Part shown: piece by piece, positions 29,347 to 39,160 of the stretch
How positions within the stretch are numbered: the first letter of the stretch is position 1
Layout: every line of letters starts with the position of its first letter
IMG/VR virus record: IMGVR_UViG_3300017917_003379
Reading direction: 5' to 3' (one strand)
Length of the DNA: 64,000 nt
Source: a virus
Notes under the pieces: model-generated
The model's input: only the letters and a program-made list of their open reading frames with translations
What the model was told of the DNA's origin: nothing
The model's database searches: none
Made by a program: the position numbers and the translations under genes

Positions 29347-29583
29347 ATGAGCCAAGAACAAATGAATCTAAACATTAGTTTAGATAAAACAATTGAATTA
29401 AAATGTGACGAATGTGGTAATTCTGCTTTTCAAGAAGTAGTATTACTTCGTAAAGCATCTCGCTTTATTACAGGTACATCTCAAGATGCTATGATTCCTA
29501 TTCCTGTATTTGCATGTAGTAAGTGTGGGCATGTAAATGAAGAATTTCTTCCTATGCAACTTAGAAATAACAGTAATGCTTAA
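29347..29583 (+). CDS. Zinc-ribbon protein
   Basis: CDEC...CSKCGH. Confidence 0.65.
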   Translation: MSQEQMNLNISLDKTIELKCDECGNSAFQEVVLLRKASRFITGTSQDAMIPIPVFACSKCGHVNEEFLPMQLRNNSNA

Positions 29584-29848
29584 AACAATTAAAAAAATAC
29601 TTAAAATGGCAACTAAACAAGAACTAGAACAGCAACTAGCAGAAGCTGTAGCAACTGCTCAAAGATTAAATGATGAACTTAAATTAACAAGAGCAGAAAA
29701 CAATCATTTAAAGGAAGAAAACAATTCATTAAATAATAATCTAATTGAGGCTATCGAACGAGTAAGATATTTAGATGGCCAAATAAGAATGTTAGAATCA
29801 CAAAGAACAGCATCAACTAAATATTCTGATAAAGATAAAAACTATTAA
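29576..29848 (+). CDS. Coiled-coil hypothetical protein
   Basis: Heptad-rich; exact start uncertain. Confidence 0.5.
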   Translation: MLKTIKKILKMATKQELEQQLAEAVATAQRLNDELKLTRAENNHLKEENNSLNNNLIEAIERVRYLDGQIRMLESQRTASTKYSDKDKNY

Positions 29849-30222
29849 TGTCAAATATATTTGATCATCTTAAAAACATCACAGTAACAAAGGGACCATA
29901 CTTAGGTGATGAAGGTTGGAATAATCGAATGATTAATCGTTATTTAAGTATGGATCCTGAATATTGTGAAGTAGTTAACTATATTCAAAAAAATACTTGG
30001 CAAATGAAGGGAGAACATTTATATAATTTATATAAAGATCTCATTCCTCAACAATATAAATTTTTAAAATATATTAAAGCATCTAAAAAATTAGACTATA
30101 AAAAAGAAGAAATAGATGCTATTAAAAAATATTTTGAAATATCTGAAAAACAAGCCAAGGAATATATGAATCTTCTTCCTAAAGAAGAAATAGAAAATAT
30201 AACATCTCAAATCATTGGGTAA
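29848..30222 (+). CDS. Clamp loader small subunit (gp62-like)
   Basis: MINRYLSM, KYIK, I..YF..S...A.EY; near the gp44-like gene. Confidence 0.65.
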   Translation: MSNIFDHLKNITVTKGPYLGDEGWNNRMINRYLSMDPEYCEVVNYIQKNTWQMKGEHLYNLYKDLIPQQYKFLKYIKASKKLDYKKEEIDAIKKYFEISEKQAKEYMNLLPKEEIENITSQIIG

Positions 30223-30224
30223 CA

Positions 30225-30470
30225 TTGGCAAATATGATAAAAACCAACAATACACATAAATTAGACTCAGTAGTAACATCAATTATAGACCAATTTGTTG
30301 AACGTTCTAAAAAAGGTAAAGCTAAGTATGGTGTTGATTTAGATCGTACTGATTTAACTTTACTAGAATGGATTGAACATGCTAAACAAGAGCATATGGA
30401 TGCTATTCTATATTTAGAAAAAATAAAACAAGAATATACAACAAGTGGCAACCAAGAAGAAGTTATCTGA
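30225..30470 (+). CDS. Small helical protein, possible MazG-like nucleotide pyrophosphohydrolase
   Basis: G.AKYG..L.R.DL...W..HA.QE.MDAILY. Confidence 0.45.
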   Translation: MANMIKTNNTHKLDSVVTSIIDQFVERSKKGKAKYGVDLDRTDLTLLEWIEHAKQEHMDAILYLEKIKQEYTTSGNQEEVI

Positions 30471-31386
30471 AATTGAATTAAAGATAAAAAAACATACTTT
30501 ACCTGAAATAAACTATTCATTTCAACGTACTGTATCTTATTCTCAATATTCAATATATTCTACATGTCCTCATCAATGGTATTTAACCTATGTAGAAAAT
30601 AAATCACCATATCAAGCTTCTATTCATACTGTATTTGGTACAGCATTTCATGAAACTCTTCAGCAGTATATTGAAGTAATGTATAACCAAAGTGGAGCAG
30701 CAGCCGATAGGCTAGATTTAGAAAATATATTTACAGAGAGATTTAGAGAAACATACAAAACAGAATACGAAAAAACAAAACAACATTTTAGCAATGCCAC
30801 AGAAATGAGAGAATTTTATGATGATGGTGTTGCTATTTTAAAATGGATTAAATCTAAAAGAAATAGATTATTTACAATTCGTAAAGTAAAGTTATTAGGT
30901 ATTGAGTTACCTTTACTAATAGGGTTAACTAAAAATATATACTTAAAAGGATACATTGATTTTATTTTATATGATACTGAATTAGATAAAGTTTATATTT
31001 ATGACATCAAAACCTCAACAAGGGGGTGGAGCGAAAGAGAAAAGAAGGACGATACTAAACTCTCTCAAATCCTCCTTTATAAAGAATACTTTGCAAAACA
31101 ATTCGGATTTGATGTTGATCGAATCGAAGTTGAATTCTTTATTGTCAGACGAAAAATTTGGGAAGAAGCTGAATATCCAATTCCCCGGGTTCAATCCTTC
31201 AAGCCCGCTAGTGGAAAATCCAAAAGAAAACAAGCCGTAGATAATTTTACTAACTTTATACAAGATTGTTTTGATGAAGTTGGTAAACCTAAAATAAAAT
31301 CATATATTAAAAATGTAGGTGAAGCTAGCTGTAAATGGTGTCCATACGCTGACAAACCTGATCTTTGCAATAAAAAAATTAATTAA
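30445..31386 (+). CDS. PD-(D/E)XK nuclease, Cas4/RecB-like
   Basis: SYSQ...CP, GTAFH, GYID, DIKT, Q..LY, CKWCPY..C. Confidence 0.85.
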   Translation: MATKKKLSEIELKIKKHTLPEINYSFQRTVSYSQYSIYSTCPHQWYLTYVENKSPYQASIHTVFGTAFHETLQQYIEVMYNQSGAAADRLDLENIFTERFRETYKTEYEKTKQHFSNATEMREFYDDGVAILKWIKSKRNRLFTIRKVKLLGIELPLLIGLTKNIYLKGYIDFILYDTELDKVYIYDIKTSTRGWSEREKKDDTKLSQILLYKEYFAKQFGFDVDRIEVEFFIVRRKIWEEAEYPIPRVQSFKPASGKSKRKQAVDNFTNFIQDCFDEVGKPKIKSYIKNVGEASCKWCPYADKPDLCNKKIN

Positions 31387-31387
31387 A

Positions 31388-32392
31388 ATGATTAATTACG
31401 CTCATGTAATTGTTGATCTTCAAGCAGGAGATACTGGTAAAGGTAAAGTAGCTCATTCCTTATTGAAAACAAATCAATATACCCATGTTATTAGATATAA
31501 CGGTGGTGGTAATGCTGGTCATACTGTTTACCACAATGGTAAAAAAGTAGTAACACATTTTGTTCCTATGGGGGTATTATATAATGTTAAATCCATTATA
31601 GGACCAGGATGTGTAGTTGATCCTGTTAAATTAAAACAAGAAATTAAAGAATTAGAATCTTTAGGATTTAATATCAAAGAAAATCTTTTTATTGATAAAA
31701 GAACCCACATTATCACAGAAGAATATAAAATTGAAGATTCACAAGATACTACTATTGGTACTACAAAAACAGGTAATGGTCCCACATACAGGAACAAATA
31801 TAATAGAACAGGAATTAGAGCAGAAAATTGTGAAGAATTAAAAGAATTAATTATCGACATATATGAAGAACTTCATGGTTTAGATCAAACTAGAATATTA
31901 TTCGAAGGTGCTCAAGGATTTGAATTAGATGTTGATTGGGGTGATTACCCATATGTTACTTCTTCTCATTGTACTGTAGGTAGCGCCATTATGAATGGTG
32001 TACCTCCTCAGAAAATTTTAAAAATATATGGTACAGCAAAAGCGTATAAAACATATGTAGGTAATAAAAAATTTGAAATACCTTCAGAAATTTTTAGTAA
32101 AATGAGAGAAATAGGTCAAGAATATGGAGCAACAACTGGTAGGCCAAGACAAATTGGTTGGATGAACATTAATGATATGATACGAGCAATCAACATTAAT
32201 GGAGTTACTGATTTGATTATAAATAAGCTAGATATATTAGAGCAAATTAACAGATTTAACATTATTAATAACAATAATATTATTACATTTAATAATGCAG
32301 ATGATTTTAAAAAATACATAAATAATATTATTATTAGCCATTGTGAAACAGTAAAAGAAATTAAATTTAGCAGCAGTGCTTATGAAATATAA
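31388..32392 (+). CDS. purA: Adenylosuccinate synthetase (short form)
   Basis: GDTGKGK, NAGHT, IGTT, EGAQG, YPYVTSS, GATTGRPR, NKLD; ATG at 31388. Confidence 0.9.
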   Translation: MINYAHVIVDLQAGDTGKGKVAHSLLKTNQYTHVIRYNGGGNAGHTVYHNGKKVVTHFVPMGVLYNVKSIIGPGCVVDPVKLKQEIKELESLGFNIKENLFIDKRTHIITEEYKIEDSQDTTIGTTKTGNGPTYRNKYNRTGIRAENCEELKELIIDIYEELHGLDQTRILFEGAQGFELDVDWGDYPYVTSSHCTVGSAIMNGVPPQKILKIYGTAKAYKTYVGNKKFEIPSEIFSKMREIGQEYGATTGRPRQIGWMNINDMIRAININGVTDLIINKLDILEQINRFNIINNNNIITFNNADDFKKYINNIIISHCETVKEIKFSSSAYEI

Positions 32393-33707
32393 TATAAAAA
32401 ATATTTCACCAATTGATGGACGATATTCAAATCAAATAAGTCATTTAAGTGAATATTTTTCAGAATACGCTTTAATAAAAGAAAGAGTTAAGATTGAAAT
32501 CCTTTATATTAAGCAACTTTCAGAATGGGGAATATGTACAATACCTTCAATTAATTTGTTAGACAGTATTTATTTAAACTTTAATGAAAATGAAGCTAAT
32601 ATTATAAAAGAAATTGAAAATAAAACTAATCACGACATTAAAGCAATTGAATATTATATAAAGCGCAAAATGAAATATCTTAGCCTTTCAGATTATACGC
32701 AGTGGATTCATTTTGGATTAACATCACAAGATATAAATAACACAGCAGTACCTTGTCTTTGGCTAAGATTTATTACTGATTTATATATCCCAACTTTACA
32801 AACACTCATAGTAAAATTAAAAACATTAGCATACACTTGGTGGAAAGTTCCTATGCTATCCAGAACACATGGGCAGCCCGCTTCACCTACTACAATGGGT
32901 AAGGAGATTATGGTGTTTGTAGAAAGGTTAGAGAATCAAATTATTCTTTTAAACAATATACCTCATACAGGTAAGTTTGGCGGGGCAGTTGGTAATTTTA
33001 ACGCACATTACATTGCATTCCCTAAAATTAATTGGAACCATTTCGCAGATGAATTTTTAAAGCAAAAATTAAGTCTTAAACGCCAACAATATACAACACA
33101 AATTGAACATTATGACAACTTATCGGCAAGTTTTGATACGTTAAAAAGAATAAATACAATTCTTTTAGATTTATCAAAGGACATGTGGCAATATATTAGT
33201 TATGGTTACTTTAAATTAGAAACAAAAGAAGATGAGATTGGAAGTAGTGTAATGCCTCATAAGGTAAATCCAATTAACTTTGAAAACGCTGAAGGTAATT
33301 TAGGAATTGCAAATGCAAATTTTGAATTTTTATCATCAAAATTGCCTGTTTCGAGATTACAACGAGATTTATCGGATTCTACTGCAATAAGAAACATTGG
33401 AGTTCCAATCGCACATACTTTTATCGCATTAAATTCAATAAATACAGGACTTAAACGACTTGTAATAGATAAACATGTTATGTCTTCTGAATTAGAAAAT
33501 AATTGGTGTGTTATTACTGAAGCAATACAGACGATATTAAGAAGAGAAGGTCATGCCGATTCTTATGAAATTGTAAAATCTTTTAGTAAAAGTTTTGTAA
33601 ATAAAGAAAAAATACGTAAATTTATATCAGAGTTAGATATAAAAGATTCTGTAAAGACAGAATTATTAAATATAGTACCTCAAACCTATTTAGGAACATT
33701 GTTGTAG
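32382..33707 (+). CDS. purB: Adenylosuccinate lyase
   Basis: SPIDGRY, TNHD.KA.EY, HFGLTSQD, RTHGQPA, GSSVMPHKVNP. Confidence 0.96.
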   Translation: MKYNIKNISPIDGRYSNQISHLSEYFSEYALIKERVKIEILYIKQLSEWGICTIPSINLLDSIYLNFNENEANIIKEIENKTNHDIKAIEYYIKRKMKYLSLSDYTQWIHFGLTSQDINNTAVPCLWLRFITDLYIPTLQTLIVKLKTLAYTWWKVPMLSRTHGQPASPTTMGKEIMVFVERLENQIILLNNIPHTGKFGGAVGNFNAHYIAFPKINWNHFADEFLKQKLSLKRQQYTTQIEHYDNLSASFDTLKRINTILLDLSKDMWQYISYGYFKLETKEDEIGSSVMPHKVNPINFENAEGNLGIANANFEFLSSKLPVSRLQRDLSDSTAIRNIGVPIAHTFIALNSINTGLKRLVIDKHVMSSELENNWCVITEAIQTILRREGHADSYEIVKSFSKSFVNKEKIRKFISELDIKDSVKTELLNIVPQTYLGTLL

Positions 33708-33766
33708 GTTTTATATTTTTGTATATATTTATGGAAGGATATATTATTACCTATATATAAATATAT

Positions 33767-34381
33767 ATGATACAACGAGACACAGATATAAGATATTGCG
33801 GAATATATAAAATTACTAATCCAAATGGTAAAATATATATTGGTAAATCTAAAGACATTGAATATAGATTTATACAATATTATTTATTAGATAAAAGAGT
33901 AATTGGAATAAAGTTATTTAATTCACTTCAAAAATATGGTTGGGATAATCATATATTTGAAATAATTGAAGAATGTGATAAAACTCAATTAAATGAGCGA
34001 GAAATATATTGGATTCAACAATGTGGTTCTGTTGAAAACGGATTAAATCTAAAATATGGTGGTGATGGTGGAGATTGGTCTGATGAATTAAAACAAAAGG
34101 CTTCTATAAATAGGATAGGAAAATCTTCTCCATTAAAAGGAAAACCTCGTTCATTTAAAGGAAGAATATCTCCTAATAAAGGAAAAAAAAGAAGTGAAGA
34201 AAGTAAAAAACTTACTAGTTTAAAATTAAAAAATAAACCCCAAAATGGAAAACACATAGTTAATTATATTACCAACCAAAAATGGATAAGTGCTTCAGAA
34301 GCAGGAAGGTATTATAATGTGTCTTCTGTTACTATCCATAATTGGGTTAAAAAAGATAAAAATAATCTAAAATATAATTAA
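33767..34381 (+). CDS. GIY-YIG homing endonuclease with NUMOD3-like repeats and C-terminal HTH
   Basis: GIYKITN...YIGKS, R, E..WI, N...GG; repeated SP.KGK; free-standing after purB. Confidence 0.88.
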   Translation: MIQRDTDIRYCGIYKITNPNGKIYIGKSKDIEYRFIQYYLLDKRVIGIKLFNSLQKYGWDNHIFEIIEECDKTQLNEREIYWIQQCGSVENGLNLKYGGDGGDWSDELKQKASINRIGKSSPLKGKPRSFKGRISPNKGKKRSEESKKLTSLKLKNKPQNGKHIVNYITNQKWISASEAGRYYNVSSVTIHNWVKKDKNNLKYN

Positions 34382-34383
34382 TT

Positions 34384-34578
34384 ATGAACAAAAAAATGAC
34401 ATTAACAAGTGTAAAACTCCCAGATGAATTATGGGAAGAATTTCGTATAAGTTGTGTAAAACATAAATTTTCATTACAAAAATTAACAGAACGTTCAATG
34501 TTTTTATATTTAACAAATGAAGATTATAGAAAACAATTACATAATCAATTAGACACCCAGTTTACAGGGAGTATATGA
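34384..34578 (+). CDS. Small ribbon-helix-helix-like protein
   Basis: LTSVKL..ELW..F.......SLQKL. Confidence 0.5.
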   Translation: MNKKMTLTSVKLPDELWEEFRISCVKHKFSLQKLTERSMFLYLTNEDYRKQLHNQLDTQFTGSI

Positions 34579-34695
34579 AGTTATTAAAACTGTGTTATAT
34601 AAAGACCCGAATTATAAAGAAAAAGGATTTTATACATTAAATTATATTCCACCACGTGCAATTAAAAAAGTAAAAGATACAAATTTATAAACTAT

Positions 34696-36156
34696 ATGAA
34701 AAAAGAAGGTTATATCCCTCAAGCACAACGTAAAAAAATTCTATTATTATGTGATGATATTAGAATGACAAGTGGTATTTCCACAATGGCTCGTGAAATA
34801 GTAGTAGGAACAGCACATCACTACAACTGGGTTAATGTTGGTGGTGCTATTAATCATCCTGATCAAGGTAAACGTTTTGATTTAAATGATGATACTAATA
34901 AACACGCAGGTATTGATGATGCTAATGTTATACTATATCCTATTAATGGATATGGTGATCCAATGTTTTTAAAGCAAATGATTGCTCTTGAAAAACCAGA
35001 TGCGTTAATGATGTTTACTGATCCTCGTTATTGGGTTTGGTTATTTCAAATGGAACATGAAATTAGAAAAAACATTCCTATTATTTATCTTAACATATGG
35101 GATGACTTACCTTACCCAATGTATAATAAATCATTTTACGAATCATGCGATGCACTGTTAGCTATCAGTAAACAAACAGAAAATATTAACCATGTAGTAT
35201 TAGGCCCAGAACTATCTGCTGAAAAAGTAATTAAATATGTTCCACATGGTATTAATGAAAATATATTTTTTCCTATTACTGAAGAACACCCCGAATGGTT
35301 AGCATTACAGGATTTTAAAAAGCAATTATTTAAAGGAAAAGAATATAATTTTGTTCTACATTACAATGCTAGAAATATTCGTCGTAAATGTGTTCCTGAT
35401 TTGATGCTAGCATGGAAAATATTTATGGATTCTTTGTCTGAAAATGAAAAAGCAAAATGTGCTTTTGTATTACATACTCAAGTAGCAGATGAAAATGGAA
35501 CTGATCTTCAAGCAGTAAAAGAAATGTTATTTGGAAATTATGAATATAATATCATATTTGACCAAGGACGTTATCCAGCAAACGTAATGAATTTACTTTA
35601 TAATGCTACTGATGTTACAGCATTGATTAGTTCAAATGAAGGTTGGGGATTATCACTTACTGAAGCAATGATGTGTGGTAAACCAATTATTGCTACTGTA
35701 ACTGGAGGTATGCAAGATCAAATGCGTTTTGAAGATGAAAATGGGGATTGGATTAAATTTACTGAAGAATTTGGTTCTAATCATTTTGGAAAATACAAAA
35801 AACATGGTGTTTGGGCCTATCCCGTATTTCCTTCAAATCATAGTATTGTAGGTTCTATCCCAACACCTTATATTTTTGATGATAGAGCTGAGCCACATGA
35901 TATAGCTACTCAAATTAAAATAGCTTGGACTGAAAAAATTATGAATAAACAGATGTTCATTGAAAAAGGCAAAGCTGCTCGCGCTTGGGTTACATCAGAC
36001 GAATCAATGATGTCAGCACGTTTAATGTGTAAAAATGTAATTGATGGTATAGATGAAACTTTGGAAAAATGGACTCCTCGTCATAGATTTGAACTCATTC
36101 AAGTAGAAACCCCTAAACAACCTAAACATTTCGTTCGTCATATAGTATCTAAATAA
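34696..36156 (+). CDS. Glycosyltransferase, GT4/GT-B fold
   Basis: VPHGI, RN.RRK, EGWGLSLTEAM.CG.P. Confidence 0.88.
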   Translation: MKKEGYIPQAQRKKILLLCDDIRMTSGISTMAREIVVGTAHHYNWVNVGGAINHPDQGKRFDLNDDTNKHAGIDDANVILYPINGYGDPMFLKQMIALEKPDALMMFTDPRYWVWLFQMEHEIRKNIPIIYLNIWDDLPYPMYNKSFYESCDALLAISKQTENINHVVLGPELSAEKVIKYVPHGINENIFFPITEEHPEWLALQDFKKQLFKGKEYNFVLHYNARNIRRKCVPDLMLAWKIFMDSLSENEKAKCAFVLHTQVADENGTDLQAVKEMLFGNYEYNIIFDQGRYPANVMNLLYNATDVTALISSNEGWGLSLTEAMMCGKPIIATVTGGMQDQMRFEDENGDWIKFTEEFGSNHFGKYKKHGVWAYPVFPSNHSIVGSIPTPYIFDDRAEPHDIATQIKIAWTEKIMNKQMFIEKGKAARAWVTSDESMMSARLMCKNVIDGIDETLEKWTPRHRFELIQVETPKQPKHFVRHIVSK

Positions 36157-36159
36157 GTT

Positions 36160-36774
36160 ATGAATAAACAAAGACTACAATATTTAGCAAACATATATCC
36201 TAAACCAGGAATAAATGATTTTGGATATATAATTGAACTAAAAAGAGAACAACTTATAGATACAATAGAAAAACCAAAAATCCCCCAAATTAAACTACTT
36301 AGAGAATACACTGAAAAGACAAGAAAATATATGGGGGTTGAACCGATAATAAGTGAATCAAATCCAAACAATGCTTATCCTATTAAAATAATATATAAAG
36401 ATAACAATCAAATTACCTGGTCATGTAAATATAAAGATGATCATGAAATGAGAATGGTTCTTAGATTAGTATCTAATAAGACATATGAGTTCCTATTTAT
36501 GTTTGAAGAAAGTAAAACATATTCAAGTCAAGAATATAAACCTGAAGGAAAAAATTATATAGATACTTTGGATAAGTGTATAAAAGATTATGTATTACCT
36601 TTTATAGATAAAGAACCCATAGGAACCTTTTTATATTTTAATTGTTATGATGAAGATGGTAAAGGATATATTAGAAGAAGAACATTTATGAACCTAATTA
36701 ATAAATACGTTGATAAAAATCATTATATAATAGAAGAAGATAATTTAGATATTAACATACAAAAAATAAAATAA
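36160..36774 (+). CDS. Hypothetical protein (paralog of 9670..10200)
   Basis: Shared C-terminal motif; sits between two GT4 genes. Confidence 0.55.
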   Translation: MNKQRLQYLANIYPKPGINDFGYIIELKREQLIDTIEKPKIPQIKLLREYTEKTRKYMGVEPIISESNPNNAYPIKIIYKDNNQITWSCKYKDDHEMRMVLRLVSNKTYEFLFMFEESKTYSSQEYKPEGKNYIDTLDKCIKDYVLPFIDKEPIGTFLYFNCYDEDGKGYIRRRTFMNLINKYVDKNHYIIEEDNLDINIQKIK

Positions 36775-36779
36775 GTTAT

Positions 36780-38084
36780 ATGAAACAATTAGTAGTAATA
36801 AGCGCACCTATTGATACATACAGCGGATATGGTGCCCGCTCAAGAGATATTGTAAAAGCACTTTTAAAAGCAGATAAATATGATATTAAAATTATCTCTC
36901 AAAGATGGGGCAGTACACCATTTGGGTTTTTACAAAAAGATAATCCTGAACATAAACAAATTTTAGATTGCATTCTTCAAGTACCTCAACTACCTCGCCA
37001 ACCAGATTGCTGGATTCAAATTACAGTACCAAATGAATTCCAACCTGTAGGAAAATACAATATAGGAATTACAGCAGGTATTGAAACTACAGTATGTGCT
37101 CCTCAATGGATTGATGGTATTAATAAAATGGATTTAACATTAGTATCATCGGAACATGCTAAAAGAGTATTTCAAGAGTCTGCCTTTGAACAACGTGATC
37201 AACAAACAGGACAAGTAATTAGACACATCAAACTTGAAAAACCAGTAGAAGTATTATTTGAAGGTGTTGATACTAACATTTATCAAAAGATAGATGCTAT
37301 TAATGAAAGTGAAGTGTGGGATGTATTAGATACTATTGATGAAGAATTTAATTTTCTTTATGTTGGCCACTGGTTGCAAGGTGAATTAGGACAAGATAGA
37401 AAAGATACAGGTATGTTAGTTAAAACTTTCCTTGAAACATTTAAAGGTAAAGGTAAAAAACCTGGCCTTATTATGAAAACATCTTCTGCTACTTATTCAA
37501 TTATGGATAGGGAAGAAATATTAGATAAAATTAATAAGATTCGTACTATTGTGGGAGATGATGGTACATTACCTAATATTTACTTATTACATGGTGAATT
37601 AACTGATCATGAAGTAAATGAATTATATAATCATCCTAAAGTAAAAGCACATGTATCATTTACTAAAGGTGAAGGTTATGGTCGCCCATTAATTGAAGCT
37701 TCAATTAGCCAAAAACCAGTAATTGCATCTAATTGGAGTGGACATGTTGATTTCTTAGATCCTGAAATGTCAGTATTATTACCAGGAAATGTAGGACAAA
37801 TTCACCCATCTGCTGTGGTACAAGATATGCTTATTCCTGAATCAGGATGGTTTACAGTTGATTATAAAGTAGCTTCTGAGACTTTAGAGGATGTTTATAA
37901 AAACTATAAAAAATATGTTGATAAGGCAAAAAGACAAGCGTATCGTTCACGTACTGAGTTTAATTTAGACAAAATGGCTGAAAAATTAAATAATATCCTT
38001 GAAGAAAAAGTACCTAAACAAGTAGCACTTAAACTTCCTCAACTAAAGAAAATTGAACTTCCCAAACTCAAAAAAGTAGAATAA
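36780..38084 (+). CDS. Glycosyltransferase, GT4/GT-B fold
   Basis: SGYG, RKD, GEGYGRPLIEA, SGHVDF. Confidence 0.88.
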   Translation: MKQLVVISAPIDTYSGYGARSRDIVKALLKADKYDIKIISQRWGSTPFGFLQKDNPEHKQILDCILQVPQLPRQPDCWIQITVPNEFQPVGKYNIGITAGIETTVCAPQWIDGINKMDLTLVSSEHAKRVFQESAFEQRDQQTGQVIRHIKLEKPVEVLFEGVDTNIYQKIDAINESEVWDVLDTIDEEFNFLYVGHWLQGELGQDRKDTGMLVKTFLETFKGKGKKPGLIMKTSSATYSIMDREEILDKINKIRTIVGDDGTLPNIYLLHGELTDHEVNELYNHPKVKAHVSFTKGEGYGRPLIEASISQKPVIASNWSGHVDFLDPEMSVLLPGNVGQIHPSAVVQDMLIPESGWFTVDYKVASETLEDVYKNYKKYVDKAKRQAYRSRTEFNLDKMAEKLNNILEEKVPKQVALKLPQLKKIELPKLKKVE

Positions 38085-38136
38085 ATGAATAATACCGGTG
38101 CTGTAATTTATACATTTCAAAATAACACATTAAATT

Positions 38137-38529
38137 ATGAAAGAATCACTTATCATATGCCCACGATGCGGAAGTAACGCGTGTCATGAAGCATCAAATG
38201 AAAAATTTACTATGTGGAGTTGTTTCGGATGTGGGTTTACATCCAACTCTACAATGACAGATGAACATATTTCTCAAGTAGAAGAAACATTACCTGAATT
38301 ATATAAAGCATTAAAATTTAAAGACGAAAAAGGATATCATTGGTATCCCTTAGCTTTAACATTTGATGATAAATCCATGGTATTTGCTGAAGGCACCTCT
38401 ACATTAGACTGGAAATGGTCAGCTATACAATCTAAAAATGAAAAACCAGATATGACTACTAAAAAAGAATTTGAAGAACGTGACTTTATGGAAGCACTTG
38501 ATTATGTAGGATACTTTAACCAAAAATAA
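38137..38529 (+). CDS. Zinc-ribbon hypothetical protein
   Basis: CPRC...CFGCG. Confidence 0.55.
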   Translation: MKESLIICPRCGSNACHEASNEKFTMWSCFGCGFTSNSTMTDEHISQVEETLPELYKALKFKDEKGYHWYPLALTFDDKSMVFAEGTSTLDWKWSAIQSKNEKPDMTTKKEFEERDFMEALDYVGYFNQK

Positions 38530-38533
38530 ATTT

Positions 38534-39160
38534 ATGTCAACTATTAGTTTTGCAATAACTGCATATAATGAACACAATGAATTAGAACGTTTGTTGAATC
38601 AAATATTCAAAATTATTAAACCTGAAGATGAAATAGTACTTCAACTAGATACTAAAGCAACTGATGAAGTAAAAAATATAGCTAATAAACATAATGTTAA
38701 TACTCCTTTTGAATATCATAGAATAATTAAATCATTAGATGGTGATTTTGCATCATTTAAAAATAATCTTAAACAACATTGTACAAGAGATTGGATTATA
38801 TTTCTAGATGCAGACGAATATTTAAGTGATGGTTTAAAAAATAATCTCCATGAAATGCTCAAAATAAATAAAGGTTTAGTTGATGTTATTGCTTTACCTC
38901 GTATTAATACTGTTGAAGGCTTAACTCGTGATCATATTGACAAATGGAAATGGTTTGTTGATGAAAATAATTGGATTAACTATCCTGACTATCAACTCCG
39001 TATCTGTGCTAACAAACCAGAAATAAATTGGATTAATAAAGTACATGAGCGTTTATCTGGTTGGAAAACAATTGCTAACTTACCCCAAGGATATGATTTG
39101 ATACATCCTAAAACAATTGAACGCCAAGAAAAACAAAATCAATTTTACAACACATTATGA
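38534..39160 (+). CDS. Glycosyltransferase family 2
   Basis: ITAYNE, LDADE, PD.Q.R, VHE. Confidence 0.88.
   Translation: MSTISFAITAYNEHNELERLLNQIFKIIKPEDEIVLQLDTKATDEVKNIANKHNVNTPFEYHRIIKSLDGDFASFKNNLKQHCTRDWIIFLDADEYLSDGLKNNLHEMLKINKGLVDVIALPRINTVEGLTRDHIDKWKWFVDENNWINYPDYQLRICANKPEINWINKVHERLSGWKTIANLPQGYDLIHPKTIERQEKQNQFYNTL

Noticed and set aside
30445-31386. CRISPR-Cas adaptation module (Cas4)
   Set aside because: Solo Cas4-like nuclease typical of phage replication regions; no cas1/cas2 or array
31388-32392. PurZ (2-aminoadenine Z-genome) candidate
   Set aside because: Keeps the PurA Asp in GDxGKG, the Arg of TTGR and the GTP-specific KLD motif; PurZ has Ser and an altered nucleotide pocket
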